From positions 124,001 through 188,000 of the forward strand of contig CDROCS010002469.1 of assembly GCA_977020255.1 (NCBI GenBank): a stretch of 64,000 nucleotides of DNA, written 5' to 3'. The notes under the pieces are model-generated. The model made no database searches and had not been told where the DNA came from. It saw nothing but the letters and a program-made list of their open reading frames with translations. The DNA is from Obrimoposthia wandeli (lineage: Eukaryota). Of the stretch, positions 28,733-37,607 are shown one piece after another (the first letter of the stretch is position 1; each line of letters opens with the position of its first letter). Both the position numbers and the translations under genes were made by a program.

Positions 28733-29793
28733 TATGCACTCCTCACTTGCTGGTAGGTAACTATAGAAGCCCCTCTCTTTCCATCAATATTACTGAAGTG
28801 ACAAAGGATGTTGTGCCCTTCACTATAGTTGTTCTCACAAGCGTGTTTAGCATTGATAAAAATCGCGGGGGCTATAGCGGCGCCAATTTCACCAATACAA
28901 TCAGCGGGGTGCCAGATATCAAATTTTTCCTGTGGAGTATGAAGCGTTCTTAATAGTGCCAAAGAACTCTCTTTGAACCAATATTGTTCACCCGATACAT
29001 CTACGATACGATAATCTAGCCATTCCATTGTTGTGCCTGCATCTGTTAAAGACTCTTTAATAGCAGCGACTAAACCATCTGCTCTTAAAGGTAGTTCAGA
29101 ATCAATAGTGGCATTCTCTATTGAAAAGCCTAAGCCTAAACAAATTAGTTGCTCCTCCTCGCTAGCGACTGGCTTTTGAATAACTAAGGCACTTGCTCCC
29201 TCCCCTGGAATAAAACCATTAGAGTTGACACTTGTTAATAGTCGCTCTTGCTCTTCATAATAGCGAAGCGCTGGCGCTGTCAATAAACTATCAACACCTG
29301 CCACTATCACTTGTTCTGCTATTGATCCATACAACATAGAGCGCGCTTGCTTCATTGCGACTAACCCACCTACCCTGCCGTGTTCAACGAAGCTGCTATC
29401 TTTGTGAAATTGAACCCCCAGCTCTTCTTGTGTTTCAAAAAACACCTTATTGGCCAAATTTTCTACTCGTCCCGGTCGCTCTTTTTCTGCAAGGCAAATT
29501 AATATCGGGATTTGTGATAAATCTAATTCCGCTTGCCCAGCGCATTCACTCAATGCCATCGCCAGCATTTTGGCCAGCTTTCGCGTGCCCCGCCAAGGCT
29601 GCTCTAATGGCACTTCGCAAGCTTGTATCCACTCGCCGCCTGCATCCATAAAGCGGGTTTCTTGAAAGTTATCAATAGCGCCGCGAATGGCCGCACAGCT
29701 GCTCGCGGCATCTAACCCAACTCCGGTCACCATACCCGTGGCAATTATTGCTAGCGGCTGGTTGCTCGGCTGGTTATTCACCAAATTACTCAT
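28732..29793 (-). CDS. Thiolase/beta-ketoacyl-synthase-like T6SS accessory protein (PRK06147-type)
   Basis: GMVTGVGL....SCAAIR, VAGVDS, GFIPGEGA, D.SGEQYWFKE, HPADCIGEIGAA; adjacent to DUF2169. Confidence 0.85.
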   Translation of the reverse strand: MSNLVNNQPSNQPLAIIATGMVTGVGLDAASSCAAIRGAIDNFQETRFMDAGGEWIQACEVPLEQPWRGTRKLAKMLAMALSECAGQAELDLSQIPILICLAEKERPGRVENLANKVFFETQEELGVQFHKDSSFVEHGRVGGLVAMKQARSMLYGSIAEQVIVAGVDSLLTAPALRYYEEQERLLTSVNSNGFIPGEGASALVIQKPVASEEEQLICLGLGFSIENATIDSELPLRADGLVAAIKESLTDAGTTMEWLDYRIVDVSGEQYWFKESSLALLRTLHTPQEKFDIWHPADCIGEIGAAIAPAIFINAKHACENNYSEGHNILCHFSNIDGKRGASIVTYQQVRSA

Positions 29794-30889
29794 CCATGCT
29801 CTCCTTCTCTTTGGCTATATGAGCTAATGATGGGTAGTAGGTTTTGCCGAGTGTTCTTGCGCGCCACCAGCCTTTGGATTTTTTACCGACGAGTATTTGT
29901 GGCACTTCAAATATGTTCTTTTTTAATGGCAGACTACTGCGCCATATAAGACTAAAAGTGCCATTATCAGGTTCTATCAGCAGTGTATCGATCACTGCAT
30001 TAGCATGCTCGTTTTCACCTTTCCCTCTAAAGTAGACTATTGGCATCTCAACTCTAGGGATCGTAAAACTGCTTTTTCCCTGCTCTGTAAAATTCAGTAA
30101 CTGAACTAATTCTCCACCTTTTAAGTAATCACATTGCTGATCTGCAGGGGCCGACTGAAAGTAGCGTTCATCAAAATCTGCAGGTAAAAAAGGAAATACA
30201 TCATCAATCCACGCTTGATCATAAGTACCTGCATATTGAGCGCGTTCTGGCCAAGCACGTCCTATTGGGCCAAAAGCAACGGGGCGATAATTTTTATCAG
30301 GATGGTTAACGCTCCGACCGCGCTCTTGGGTATTAGGCAGCGGCGTGTTGTGCACTAATTCATTTTGTAAGTTGCAATGAAAGCCTTTACCGAAAGGGTT
30401 AGCCATAAAAGCATTACGCTTATCTGGATCGGGATGGCAATCATCAATACCACCAAAAGCAACGTCATAACTGACTGGCATTTTTTCAAAAGGTTGCGGG
30501 CTAGTGACTCCAATACTGCCGGTACCGGTAAACCAAAATCTATTACCTATTACATCGATAACTTTACTAATATTGGCTACTTTCACCCCCACTTCTATTG
30601 AGCTAACTCGCTTACCTGTTGGCGCACAGGCACTGCCATTGACCAACACATCACAACGTGGCTTGAAAGGCGCGTATTCCGATTCATAAGTGATGGCTGA
30701 ATAACCTGGCTCGCCACTAAATTGATCGGCTTCTACGATGGGTAATTGTGCATCACACAGTTTGGGTTGTGAGCCATCTAAAGGTAAAGTGTAGGTGCCT
30801 TTCACCACCACAACGATGCTCTCACGGCCGGTTTTGTCCATCCCCATGGTGTAGCTCGCTGGCATGTTTGTTGCATTGAGAAGTTCCAT
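29786..30889 (-). CDS. DUF2169 family T6SS adaptor/chaperone
   Basis: VVVVKGT, KPRCDVLVNG, FGPIGRAWPERAQYAGTYD.AW....FPFLPADFDERYFQSAP.DQQ, DTLLIEPD. Confidence 0.92.
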   Translation of the reverse strand: MELLNATNMPASYTMGMDKTGRESIVVVVKGTYTLPLDGSQPKLCDAQLPIVEADQFSGEPGYSAITYESEYAPFKPRCDVLVNGSACAPTGKRVSSIEVGVKVANISKVIDVIGNRFWFTGTGSIGVTSPQPFEKMPVSYDVAFGGIDDCHPDPDKRNAFMANPFGKGFHCNLQNELVHNTPLPNTQERGRSVNHPDKNYRPVAFGPIGRAWPERAQYAGTYDQAWIDDVFPFLPADFDERYFQSAPADQQCDYLKGGELVQLLNFTEQGKSSFTIPRVEMPIVYFRGKGENEHANAVIDTLLIEPDNGTFSLIWRSSLPLKKNIFEVPQILVGKKSKGWWRARTLGKTYYPSLAHIAKEKESMDE

Positions 30890-30921
30890 TTCTATATAGC
30901 CGCCCTAAGTTATATTATTTA

Positions 30922-31467
30922 TTAGTTCAATTGAACCGAACCACCCTTAATACGATTCGCACCACTAGAGCGGCTGAGCAGATAACTACCGCGAATCAGA
31001 ATTTTCCCAGCTTTTGTGAGTGTAATGCTGGCCTTGCCACATTTTAAGGTGATGTCTTTTTTGGCTGACAATGTCACTGACTCTCCGTCTACTTTTACAT
31101 CTAATTTCACATCTAATGGATTTGAGTCAGTTTGTTCAAAAGGTACTGATAAAGGCGCTCGCCCTTGTATGCGCCCTATAATCAACGGTCTACTGATATC
31201 CCCGCATTCAAACAATAACGCCACTTCGCGACCGACATCTGCAGCTGAGAGCGACACGGTAGCGCGTGCAATCAATCCTGTTTCACTATGGTTTTGCGGA
31301 AAAACTACCAACGGTATACCGTTATTATCTATTCCCGCTAACACGCCAATCACTACATCTGACATACCTGTAATGCTTGGTTGTGTACTTTCTTGCGGTG
31401 CCCTTTGCTCTTGAGTGCTTTTCTCTTGCTCACTTTGAGGTAATTCAGGATCTAAGATGTCTGACAT
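30922..31467 (-). CDS. DUF6484 family protein (OB-fold-like N-part plus short VgrG-tip-like C-terminus)
   Basis: GREVALLFE.GD..RPLIIG, then I.L.CGKASITL.K.GKI.IRG....SRSSG.NRIKGGSVQLN; lies directly after vgrG. Confidence 0.82.
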   Translation of the reverse strand: MSDILDPELPQSEQEKSTQEQRAPQESTQPSITGMSDVVIGVLAGIDNNGIPLVVFPQNHSETGLIARATVSLSAADVGREVALLFECGDISRPLIIGRIQGRAPLSVPFEQTDSNPLDVKLDVKVDGESVTLSAKKDITLKCGKASITLTKAGKILIRGSYLLSRSSGANRIKGGSVQLN

Positions 31468-31484
31468 AAAGCCTCCATATACTA

Positions 31485-33707
31485 CTAATTCTGTAGGATT
31501 TTCTTACCTTTCATCACGATATCTTTCTTCGCTTTAGCATTTAACTTTCCGCTGGCATCAAAGCTAATATCTTTACCTTTAATTACCACTGTGCCATCTT
31601 TTTTCATAGATATTTGAGCCTTTCCGCATTTAATCGAAATTGAATCACCCGCATCTATAACTAAGTTCTTCGCAACACTTAATCTATCATCTTTGCCAAC
31701 GCTGCTAGTGCGGTTATCGCCTATCGTTAAACTCTGACCTTTACCAATTTTTTTACTTTGGTTGGCGCCAATGATTAACGAGTGATCAGTACCAATATCA
31801 ACACTTTGCGCTGCGCCGATATTAATACTCTGCTTAGCACCTATTTTGGTGCTTTGCATCGCCCCTATTTCAATACCCTGCATACCGCCAATTATGATGT
31901 TTTGCGCCGCCACTACATTGATGCTCTCACTCGCTTTTACCGTATGGGTACGGCTACCTCCTATTGTGATGCCTTCGTTAGCGCCAACGCTGCGAGTACG
32001 ATTAGCCCCCACCGCTAAACTCTCGTTAACACCGACAGTTTCAGCGCGATTATTAACAACATCTTCCGTTTGATCATTACCGATAGTCGCACTTTGATCA
32101 TTGCCCACATCTAAGCTTTGATCATTGCCTATAGTGACCGTTTCGTTAACCCCGACATTTTCTGTTTTGTTATTTTTAACCAGAATTTTTTGGTTTTTCT
32201 CCGCTTGAAAATACAACTCTTCATTACCTTTTTTATCTTCCATACGAATTTCATTAAAATTAGCAGCGCTGCCTCCCATTGTGCTGCGTGATTTAATACC
32301 GCTTTGAGTTTTATTATCCGGCAAACTATAGGTTGGCATGTTATCAGCGTTGTAAACACGGCCGGTGATGATGGGTCTATCTGGATCTCCTTCTAGAAAC
32401 TCAACGATAACCTCATGGCCAATACGTGGAATAAATTGCGCCCCCCACTCAGGGCCTGCCCACAGCTGCTGCACACGTACCCAGCAAGAGCTACTTTCAT
32501 CGTTTTTACCAACTCTATCCCAGTGGAACTGCACTTTTACACGCCCGTATTCATCCGGATATATTTCTTCACCAGCAGGACCTACCACAATCGCGGTTTG
32601 TGAGCCTTTAACCATCGGTTTTGGGGTGCTGCGCGCTGCTCTAAAAGCACTTTGGCTAGATAGCGCACTAAAATGGCAATGATAGCTATCACCTGCTATT
32701 TCACCGCCACTTGAATAGTCGTTGCCGATAAGCTCATAATTAGCCGATATGATTAAATGTTCTTGATTTTGATCATCGCGCGGATGATCTTTTAAGGTAA
32801 ATAAACTGCCACTAATCATATTGCGCGCATCAGTATTGGCTGTTATTTGCTCAAAGCTGGTCTGTAATTCCTCTATGCGCTCTAGGGCATATTGCTCCCC
32901 TTGAGCATCATCACTATAGGCGCCTGGGTAATCAAACATTTCAGCCTCACTGCGGCTATGCTCGCGAGCAATAATACGATTCACCAACAGTTTGTTTTGT
33001 GGGGTGGTAAAATTAAAATCCCCCATCGCGAACGTGGTAGGCCGTATTTGATAATCTTGCTGCCAATCACTGATGTGTTCTTGTTCTAGAGTCTGATCTA
33101 TTGAGGCGAGATGATAGGGAATGCTCGCCTCTCCCTTTATCGGTTGATGAGCACTCACGCTGTCAGCTACTACTAGCTTATGCTTGCCATCCTCATGCTT
33201 AAAGTAATAGTAAATACCCTCTTGCTCCATCAGCCGGCTAATAAAATTAAAATCAGTTTCACGATACTGCACACAATATTCCAACTCGCTATAGCTAGTG
33301 GTTAGGCTCTGCTCGTAGTCGCTAAAGCCATTATCGTTAAATACCTCTTTTATAATGTCGGGAACATTCATATGTTGAAATATACGACAATCACTGGTGA
33401 GCGTTAAAAACCAAAACCACGGTCTCAGCTCTGCTTTATAAACAGCATATCCGCCCTTATCTCTGTCGACTTGTGAAAAGTGTGAGATAAAACCGTTAAA
33501 GTAGCGAAACTCACCATCTGCCAGCTCTAAATTGACAGTCACGTTTTGTCCCAGCAGTGCGTTGATGTCTAACGCTTCATTGGGGCTAAATAACTTGATG
33601 TCGTATTGAAATAGGCGCCCTAACTCTTCGCGCCCTTGCATAGAAACCAGTAATAACTCCTCATCTGCTAATGGTGTTGTGATTGATATTTGTCTGTTAA
33701 CACCCAT
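31485..33707 (-). CDS. vgrG: T6SS spike VgrG
   Basis: YCVQYRETDFNFISRLMEQEGIYYYF, VVGPAGEEIY.DEYGRVKVQFHWDR, SCWVRV.Q.WAG, PRIG.EV.V.FLEGDPDRP, gp5-like 8-residue repeats. Confidence 0.97.
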   Translation of the reverse strand: MGVNRQISITTPLADEELLLVSMQGREELGRLFQYDIKLFSPNEALDINALLGQNVTVNLELADGEFRYFNGFISHFSQVDRDKGGYAVYKAELRPWFWFLTLTSDCRIFQHMNVPDIIKEVFNDNGFSDYEQSLTTSYSELEYCVQYRETDFNFISRLMEQEGIYYYFKHEDGKHKLVVADSVSAHQPIKGEASIPYHLASIDQTLEQEHISDWQQDYQIRPTTFAMGDFNFTTPQNKLLVNRIIAREHSRSEAEMFDYPGAYSDDAQGEQYALERIEELQTSFEQITANTDARNMISGSLFTLKDHPRDDQNQEHLIISANYELIGNDYSSGGEIAGDSYHCHFSALSSQSAFRAARSTPKPMVKGSQTAIVVGPAGEEIYPDEYGRVKVQFHWDRVGKNDESSSCWVRVQQLWAGPEWGAQFIPRIGHEVIVEFLEGDPDRPIITGRVYNADNMPTYSLPDNKTQSGIKSRSTMGGSAANFNEIRMEDKKGNEELYFQAEKNQKILVKNNKTENVGVNETVTIGNDQSLDVGNDQSATIGNDQTEDVVNNRAETVGVNESLAVGANRTRSVGANEGITIGGSRTHTVKASESINVVAAQNIIIGGMQGIEIGAMQSTKIGAKQSINIGAAQSVDIGTDHSLIIGANQSKKIGKGQSLTIGDNRTSSVGKDDRLSVAKNLVIDAGDSISIKCGKAQISMKKDGTVVIKGKDISFDASGKLNAKAKKDIVMKGKKILQN

Positions 33708-33723
33708 GAAGGCTCCCTAACTA

Positions 33724-33757
33724 CTAATGGCTAATGGCTAATGGCTAATGGCTAATG
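33724..33757. repeat. Heptamer tandem repeat (CTAATGG)x4 plus a 6/7 copy, immediately upstream of the vgrG RBS
   Basis: Counted directly in the clpV-vgrG intergenic gap. Confidence 0.95.
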
Positions 33758-33766
33758 AACGAATAT

Positions 33767-36547
33767 TTAATCAAATTGATAACTAAATTCATTATCACTC
33801 ACTTGTAGATGCACTTTTTTGATTTCGCTACCATCCATCATCCGATTAAGAAATTCTCGGCTTATTTGCGGCAAAATGCTGTTGGTTAAGATGGCATCTA
33901 TCATGCGTCCTCCCGATTCAAGTTCGGTACAGCGCTGCGCAATTAGCTGCACCACTTCTTCATCATAACTAAAGGGAATTGAATGATTTTGGGCAACGCG
34001 CTTGGCAATACGCGCCAATTGCAGCTTGGTAATTGCCCCAACCATTTCATCACTTAGCGGATAAAAAGGTATCGTCACTAAACGCCCTAACAACGCTGGA
34101 GGGAACACTTCTAACAGAGGTGTACGCAACGCTTTTGCAATGCCCTCAGGGCTTGGCACCAGTTCAGGATCTTTGCAAAGATTGGTAATTAATTCTGTGC
34201 CGGCATTGGTTGTCAAAATAATCAGCGTGTTTTTGAAATCGATAACACGCCCTTCTCCATCTTCCATCCAGCCTTTATCAAATACTTGAAAAAATATCTC
34301 ATGTACATCTGGGTGTGCTTTTTCTACTTCATCTAACAGCACCACACTATAGGGTCTTCGCCTTACAGCTTCGGTTAAAACGCCGCCCTCTCCATAACCG
34401 ACATAACCCGGAGGTGCGCCTTTTAAACTGGATACGGTGTGCGCTTCTTGATACTCACTCATGTTGATCGTTATGATGTTTTGCTCGCCACCATACAGCG
34501 ATTCTGCCAGGGCCAGTGCCGTTTCCGTTTTACCGACCCCTGAAGTTCCAGCCAGCATAAATACACCTATAGGCTTGCTCGGATTATCTAATCCAGCGCG
34601 CGAGGTTTGCACCCGTTTGGCAATCATTTCCAACGCGTGACGCTGGCCGATGATACGTTGCTCTAAGGTATCAGCGAGGTTGAGTACGGTCGCTATTTCA
34701 TCTTTAACCATTTTTCCAACAGGAATGCCGGTCCAGTCTTGCACCACTGAAGCGATCGCCTGCTCATCAACAGTAGCTAAAATGAGCGGTGTTTCGCCCT
34801 GCGCTTGAGCTAAATCTTGCTGTGTACTTTTTAGCTCTGTTAACAATGCTGCGCGTTGTTCTTCAGTTAAAACGCCACCTTTATTGTCTAACACATCATT
34901 TTTATTCTCTAAAACACCTCTGTCTAAAGCATCATCTTTTTGCTCGATGTCTGTGCTTCCTATTTCGATATCAATCCCAGTTTCAGCACCTTCAACAGGC
35001 TCAGAACTGCCGCGCAGTTGTGCACGTAATTTAAGCAGATTATCCACCAAATCTTGCTCTACTTTCCAACGGCTTTCTAATTTATCAAGCTGAGTTTTTG
35101 CTGCTACTAGCTTATCTTGGGTGATTTGTCCTCGATCCTGAGCACCCACACCAATAGCGGCTTCTCTAGCTATTATTTGGCTCTCTATATTCAATGCTTC
35201 TATATTTCGCCTGCTATCCTCTACTGTCGCTGGCACCGCGTTTTGGCTAATCGCCACCCGTGCACAAGCTGTATCTAACAAACTCACTGCTTTATCAGGC
35301 AGTTGTCTGGCGGGAATATAGCGGTGCGAGAGTTTAACCGCCGCTTCTAGCGCTTCATCAAGCAGTTGTATTTTATGATGCTGTTCTAAGGTACTTGCTA
35401 AGCCGCGCATCATTAGAATAGCTTTTTCTTCACTAGGTTCTAAAACTTGCACTACTTGAAAGCGGCGCGTTAATGCTGGGTCTTTCTCAATGTATTTTTT
35501 ATATTCAGCCCAAGTGGTGGCTGCAACGGTGCGCAAAGTTCCTCGCGCTAATGCGGGTTTTAATAGGTTGGCGGCATCGCCAGTACCTGCTGCACCACCT
35601 GCTCCTACTAAAGTATGTGCTTCATCAATAAACAAAATAATTGGTTTTTCTGAGGCCTGTACTTCCTCTATCACTTGCTTTAGCCGCTCTTCAAACTCGC
35701 CTTTCATACTGGCACCAGCTTGTAAAAGACCAACATCTAACACTCTTAGCTCCACATCTTGCAGCGCGGGCGGCACATCACCTGCCGCTATTTTCTGGGC
35801 AAAACCTTCTACTACCGCTGTTTTACCCACACCTGCTTCACCTGTCAGAATTGGGTTATTTTGGCGACGGCGCATTAAAATATCGATGAGTTGGCGTATC
35901 TCTTCATCCCGGCCAACGATAGGATCCATTTCACCACTGCGCGCTGTTTCTGTGAGATCTTGGGTGAATTGTTGTAGCGCTTGGTTTTTACCCATTTGTG
36001 CCGGGGCCATCGCCGCGGATGCCTCACCGGGATCTGCTTTAAAACCATCGGTTGCCTGTAATCCACCCTCTGGCGAGGAGCTGACTATTTTGGCAAAGTG
36101 GTCACTGAGTTCATCGTATTTAATTTTGCTAAATTCAGGGGAGATCCCCTGTAAAGTTCTGGTTAATGCACGCGTTTTTATCATCCCTATCATTAAATGA
36201 CCGGTGCGCACTTGTGACTCTGAAAACAATAAACTGCCATACACCCAAGCGCGTTCGACGCTGTCTTCAATTCCAAGAGATAGATCAGAGATTGAGGTAG
36301 AGCCTCTTGGCAGTGCATCTAACGCTTCGAGAATGTCTTTAGTTAAAGTGTGCGCATTGAGCTCAAAATGTTTGATAATACAATGTAAATCAGAGTTAGG
36401 TTGTTGCAAAATTTGGTGTAACCAATGCACGATTTCAACGTAGGGGTTACCGCGCATTTTACAAAAAACGGTTGCGCCTTCAATGGCTTTATAAGCAACT
36501 TTGTTCAATTTTCCAAACAGTGCTGTACGACTGATCTCAGACATCAA
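33767..36547 (-). CDS. tssH: T6SS ATPase ClpV/TssH
   Basis: RGNPYVEIVHW N-domain, GEAGVGKT and GTSGVGKT Walker A motifs, LLDEVEKAHPDV, ESGGRMID. Confidence 0.97.
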   Translation of the reverse strand: MMSEISRTALFGKLNKVAYKAIEGATVFCKMRGNPYVEIVHWLHQILQQPNSDLHCIIKHFELNAHTLTKDILEALDALPRGSTSISDLSLGIEDSVERAWVYGSLLFSESQVRTGHLMIGMIKTRALTRTLQGISPEFSKIKYDELSDHFAKIVSSSPEGGLQATDGFKADPGEASAAMAPAQMGKNQALQQFTQDLTETARSGEMDPIVGRDEEIRQLIDILMRRRQNNPILTGEAGVGKTAVVEGFAQKIAAGDVPPALQDVELRVLDVGLLQAGASMKGEFEERLKQVIEEVQASEKPIILFIDEAHTLVGAGGAAGTGDAANLLKPALARGTLRTVAATTWAEYKKYIEKDPALTRRFQVVQVLEPSEEKAILMMRGLASTLEQHHKIQLLDEALEAAVKLSHRYIPARQLPDKAVSLLDTACARVAISQNAVPATVEDSRRNIEALNIESQIIAREAAIGVGAQDRGQITQDKLVAAKTQLDKLESRWKVEQDLVDNLLKLRAQLRGSSEPVEGAETGIDIEIGSTDIEQKDDALDRGVLENKNDVLDNKGGVLTEEQRAALLTELKSTQQDLAQAQGETPLILATVDEQAIASVVQDWTGIPVGKMVKDEIATVLNLADTLEQRIIGQRHALEMIAKRVQTSRAGLDNPSKPIGVFMLAGTSGVGKTETALALAESLYGGEQNIITINMSEYQEAHTVSSLKGAPPGYVGYGEGGVLTEAVRRRPYSVVLLDEVEKAHPDVHEIFFQVFDKGWMEDGEGRVIDFKNTLIILTTNAGTELITNLCKDPELVPSPEGIAKALRTPLLEVFPPALLGRLVTIPFYPLSDEMVGAITKLQLARIAKRVAQNHSIPFSYDEEVVQLIAQRCTELESGGRMIDAILTNSILPQISREFLNRMMDGSEIKKVHLQVSDNEFSYQFD

Positions 36548-36578
36548 AATACTCCTTTTCGAATGTGCTAAACGCGGC

Positions 36579-37607
36579 TTATATAAGGTCTTGTAATGGG
36601 TTTAAATACAATTGATCAAAATCTTCATCTGGCGGTGAATCGCTCATCCAAGTAGTCCAGCCCAATTGCCCAAACACGCCTAAGCGTGCTGGTTTTACTT
36701 GTTCACAATGCAGTTTAAGCTGTAAGTCCCAATCAAATTCGTCACCGAGGTAATTGCGCACAATTGCTATTAGCGTCTGCAAACTAGCCCCACCAGGTAA
36801 CAAGCGCTGGTAGTTATCTAAGCTCAATGGGCCAAAGCTGAGCCTAAATTTATTTTGGCACTCCCAAACTTTTTCACCTAAAGTGCTGTTTTCTCCCAAA
36901 CAACCACTAAGTTTAGACTCACCTAATCGAAGGCAGTCCTGGTTTGGGATCATCAGCCAGTTACCTATGTACTGTTCAAGCTCAGCTGGCATCGCAAAAT
37001 AATCACTCAATATGGCCAGCAAACCTTCTGCATTTTTATTTTGCTGTGCCAATCGAGCACTAAAATGAAGTTTTGCGTAATCGGGCATGGCATCACAATC
37101 GCGTAAATTTTCGGTCCCTAAGCCGATCAAGCTGGCGATTTTATTTGAGAACTCATCCATCTGCGGACGATCAAAGTTGACTGTTGGCTCTGCATCTGCC
37201 CATACGCGATAAAACAGCGATAACAGTCGATGGTGAAAAATATCCGCAAAATGGCTCAAGCTATCATCTTGATAATTTCGCACTCTGTCTCTTACATATT
37301 CGGTTAAATGCAGCGGCAGAGGACCATTGGGGCCAAATAATCCGAAAAACAACACACTTAAACGCTCAGAGCACGCTGCCACTTTGTTAAAAGAAGCGAG
37401 TGTGGAAGGTGCAAATGCCATTGAGGCTTCTTGGCCTAGCCTCACCGCATCATCTTGAGGCTTATGCGATTTTCCTATTTTTGCTTTATCTAAATTAGCA
37501 TTCTCAATACGCCTTAGCGCCGTATAAAACCCATACTTGTAAGGCTCTTGCGCCAGCGCTTGATAGAGCGCTAAACGATTTGCCGTCGCCCTATTCGCAG
37601 TGGCCAT
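36579..37607 (-). CDS. tssG: T6SS baseplate TssG
   Basis: VRLGQEASMAF.PS, FFGLFGPNGPLPLHLTEY, FADIFHHR..SLFYR.W, LG...W.CQ.KFR, LGWTTW. Confidence 0.95.
   Translation of the reverse strand: MATANRATANRLALYQALAQEPYKYGFYTALRRIENANLDKAKIGKSHKPQDDAVRLGQEASMAFAPSTLASFNKVAACSERLSVLFFGLFGPNGPLPLHLTEYVRDRVRNYQDDSLSHFADIFHHRLLSLFYRVWADAEPTVNFDRPQMDEFSNKIASLIGLGTENLRDCDAMPDYAKLHFSARLAQQNKNAEGLLAILSDYFAMPAELEQYIGNWLMIPNQDCLRLGESKLSGCLGENSTLGEKVWECQNKFRLSFGPLSLDNYQRLLPGGASLQTLIAIVRNYLGDEFDWDLQLKLHCEQVKPARLGVFGQLGWTTWMSDSPPDEDFDQLYLNPLQDLI

Noticed and set aside
28732-29793. Fatty-acid or polyketide biosynthesis role for the ketoacyl-synthase-like gene
   Set aside because: Context (DUF2169, DUF4150, TIGR02270) marks it as the T6SS accessory thiolase-like protein; no ACP or other FAS/PKS genes are present.
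35490-36200. 236-aa + strand ORF inside clpV
   Set aside because: Antisense shadow of a conserved AAA+ domain; such long antisense frames are common in Clp genes.
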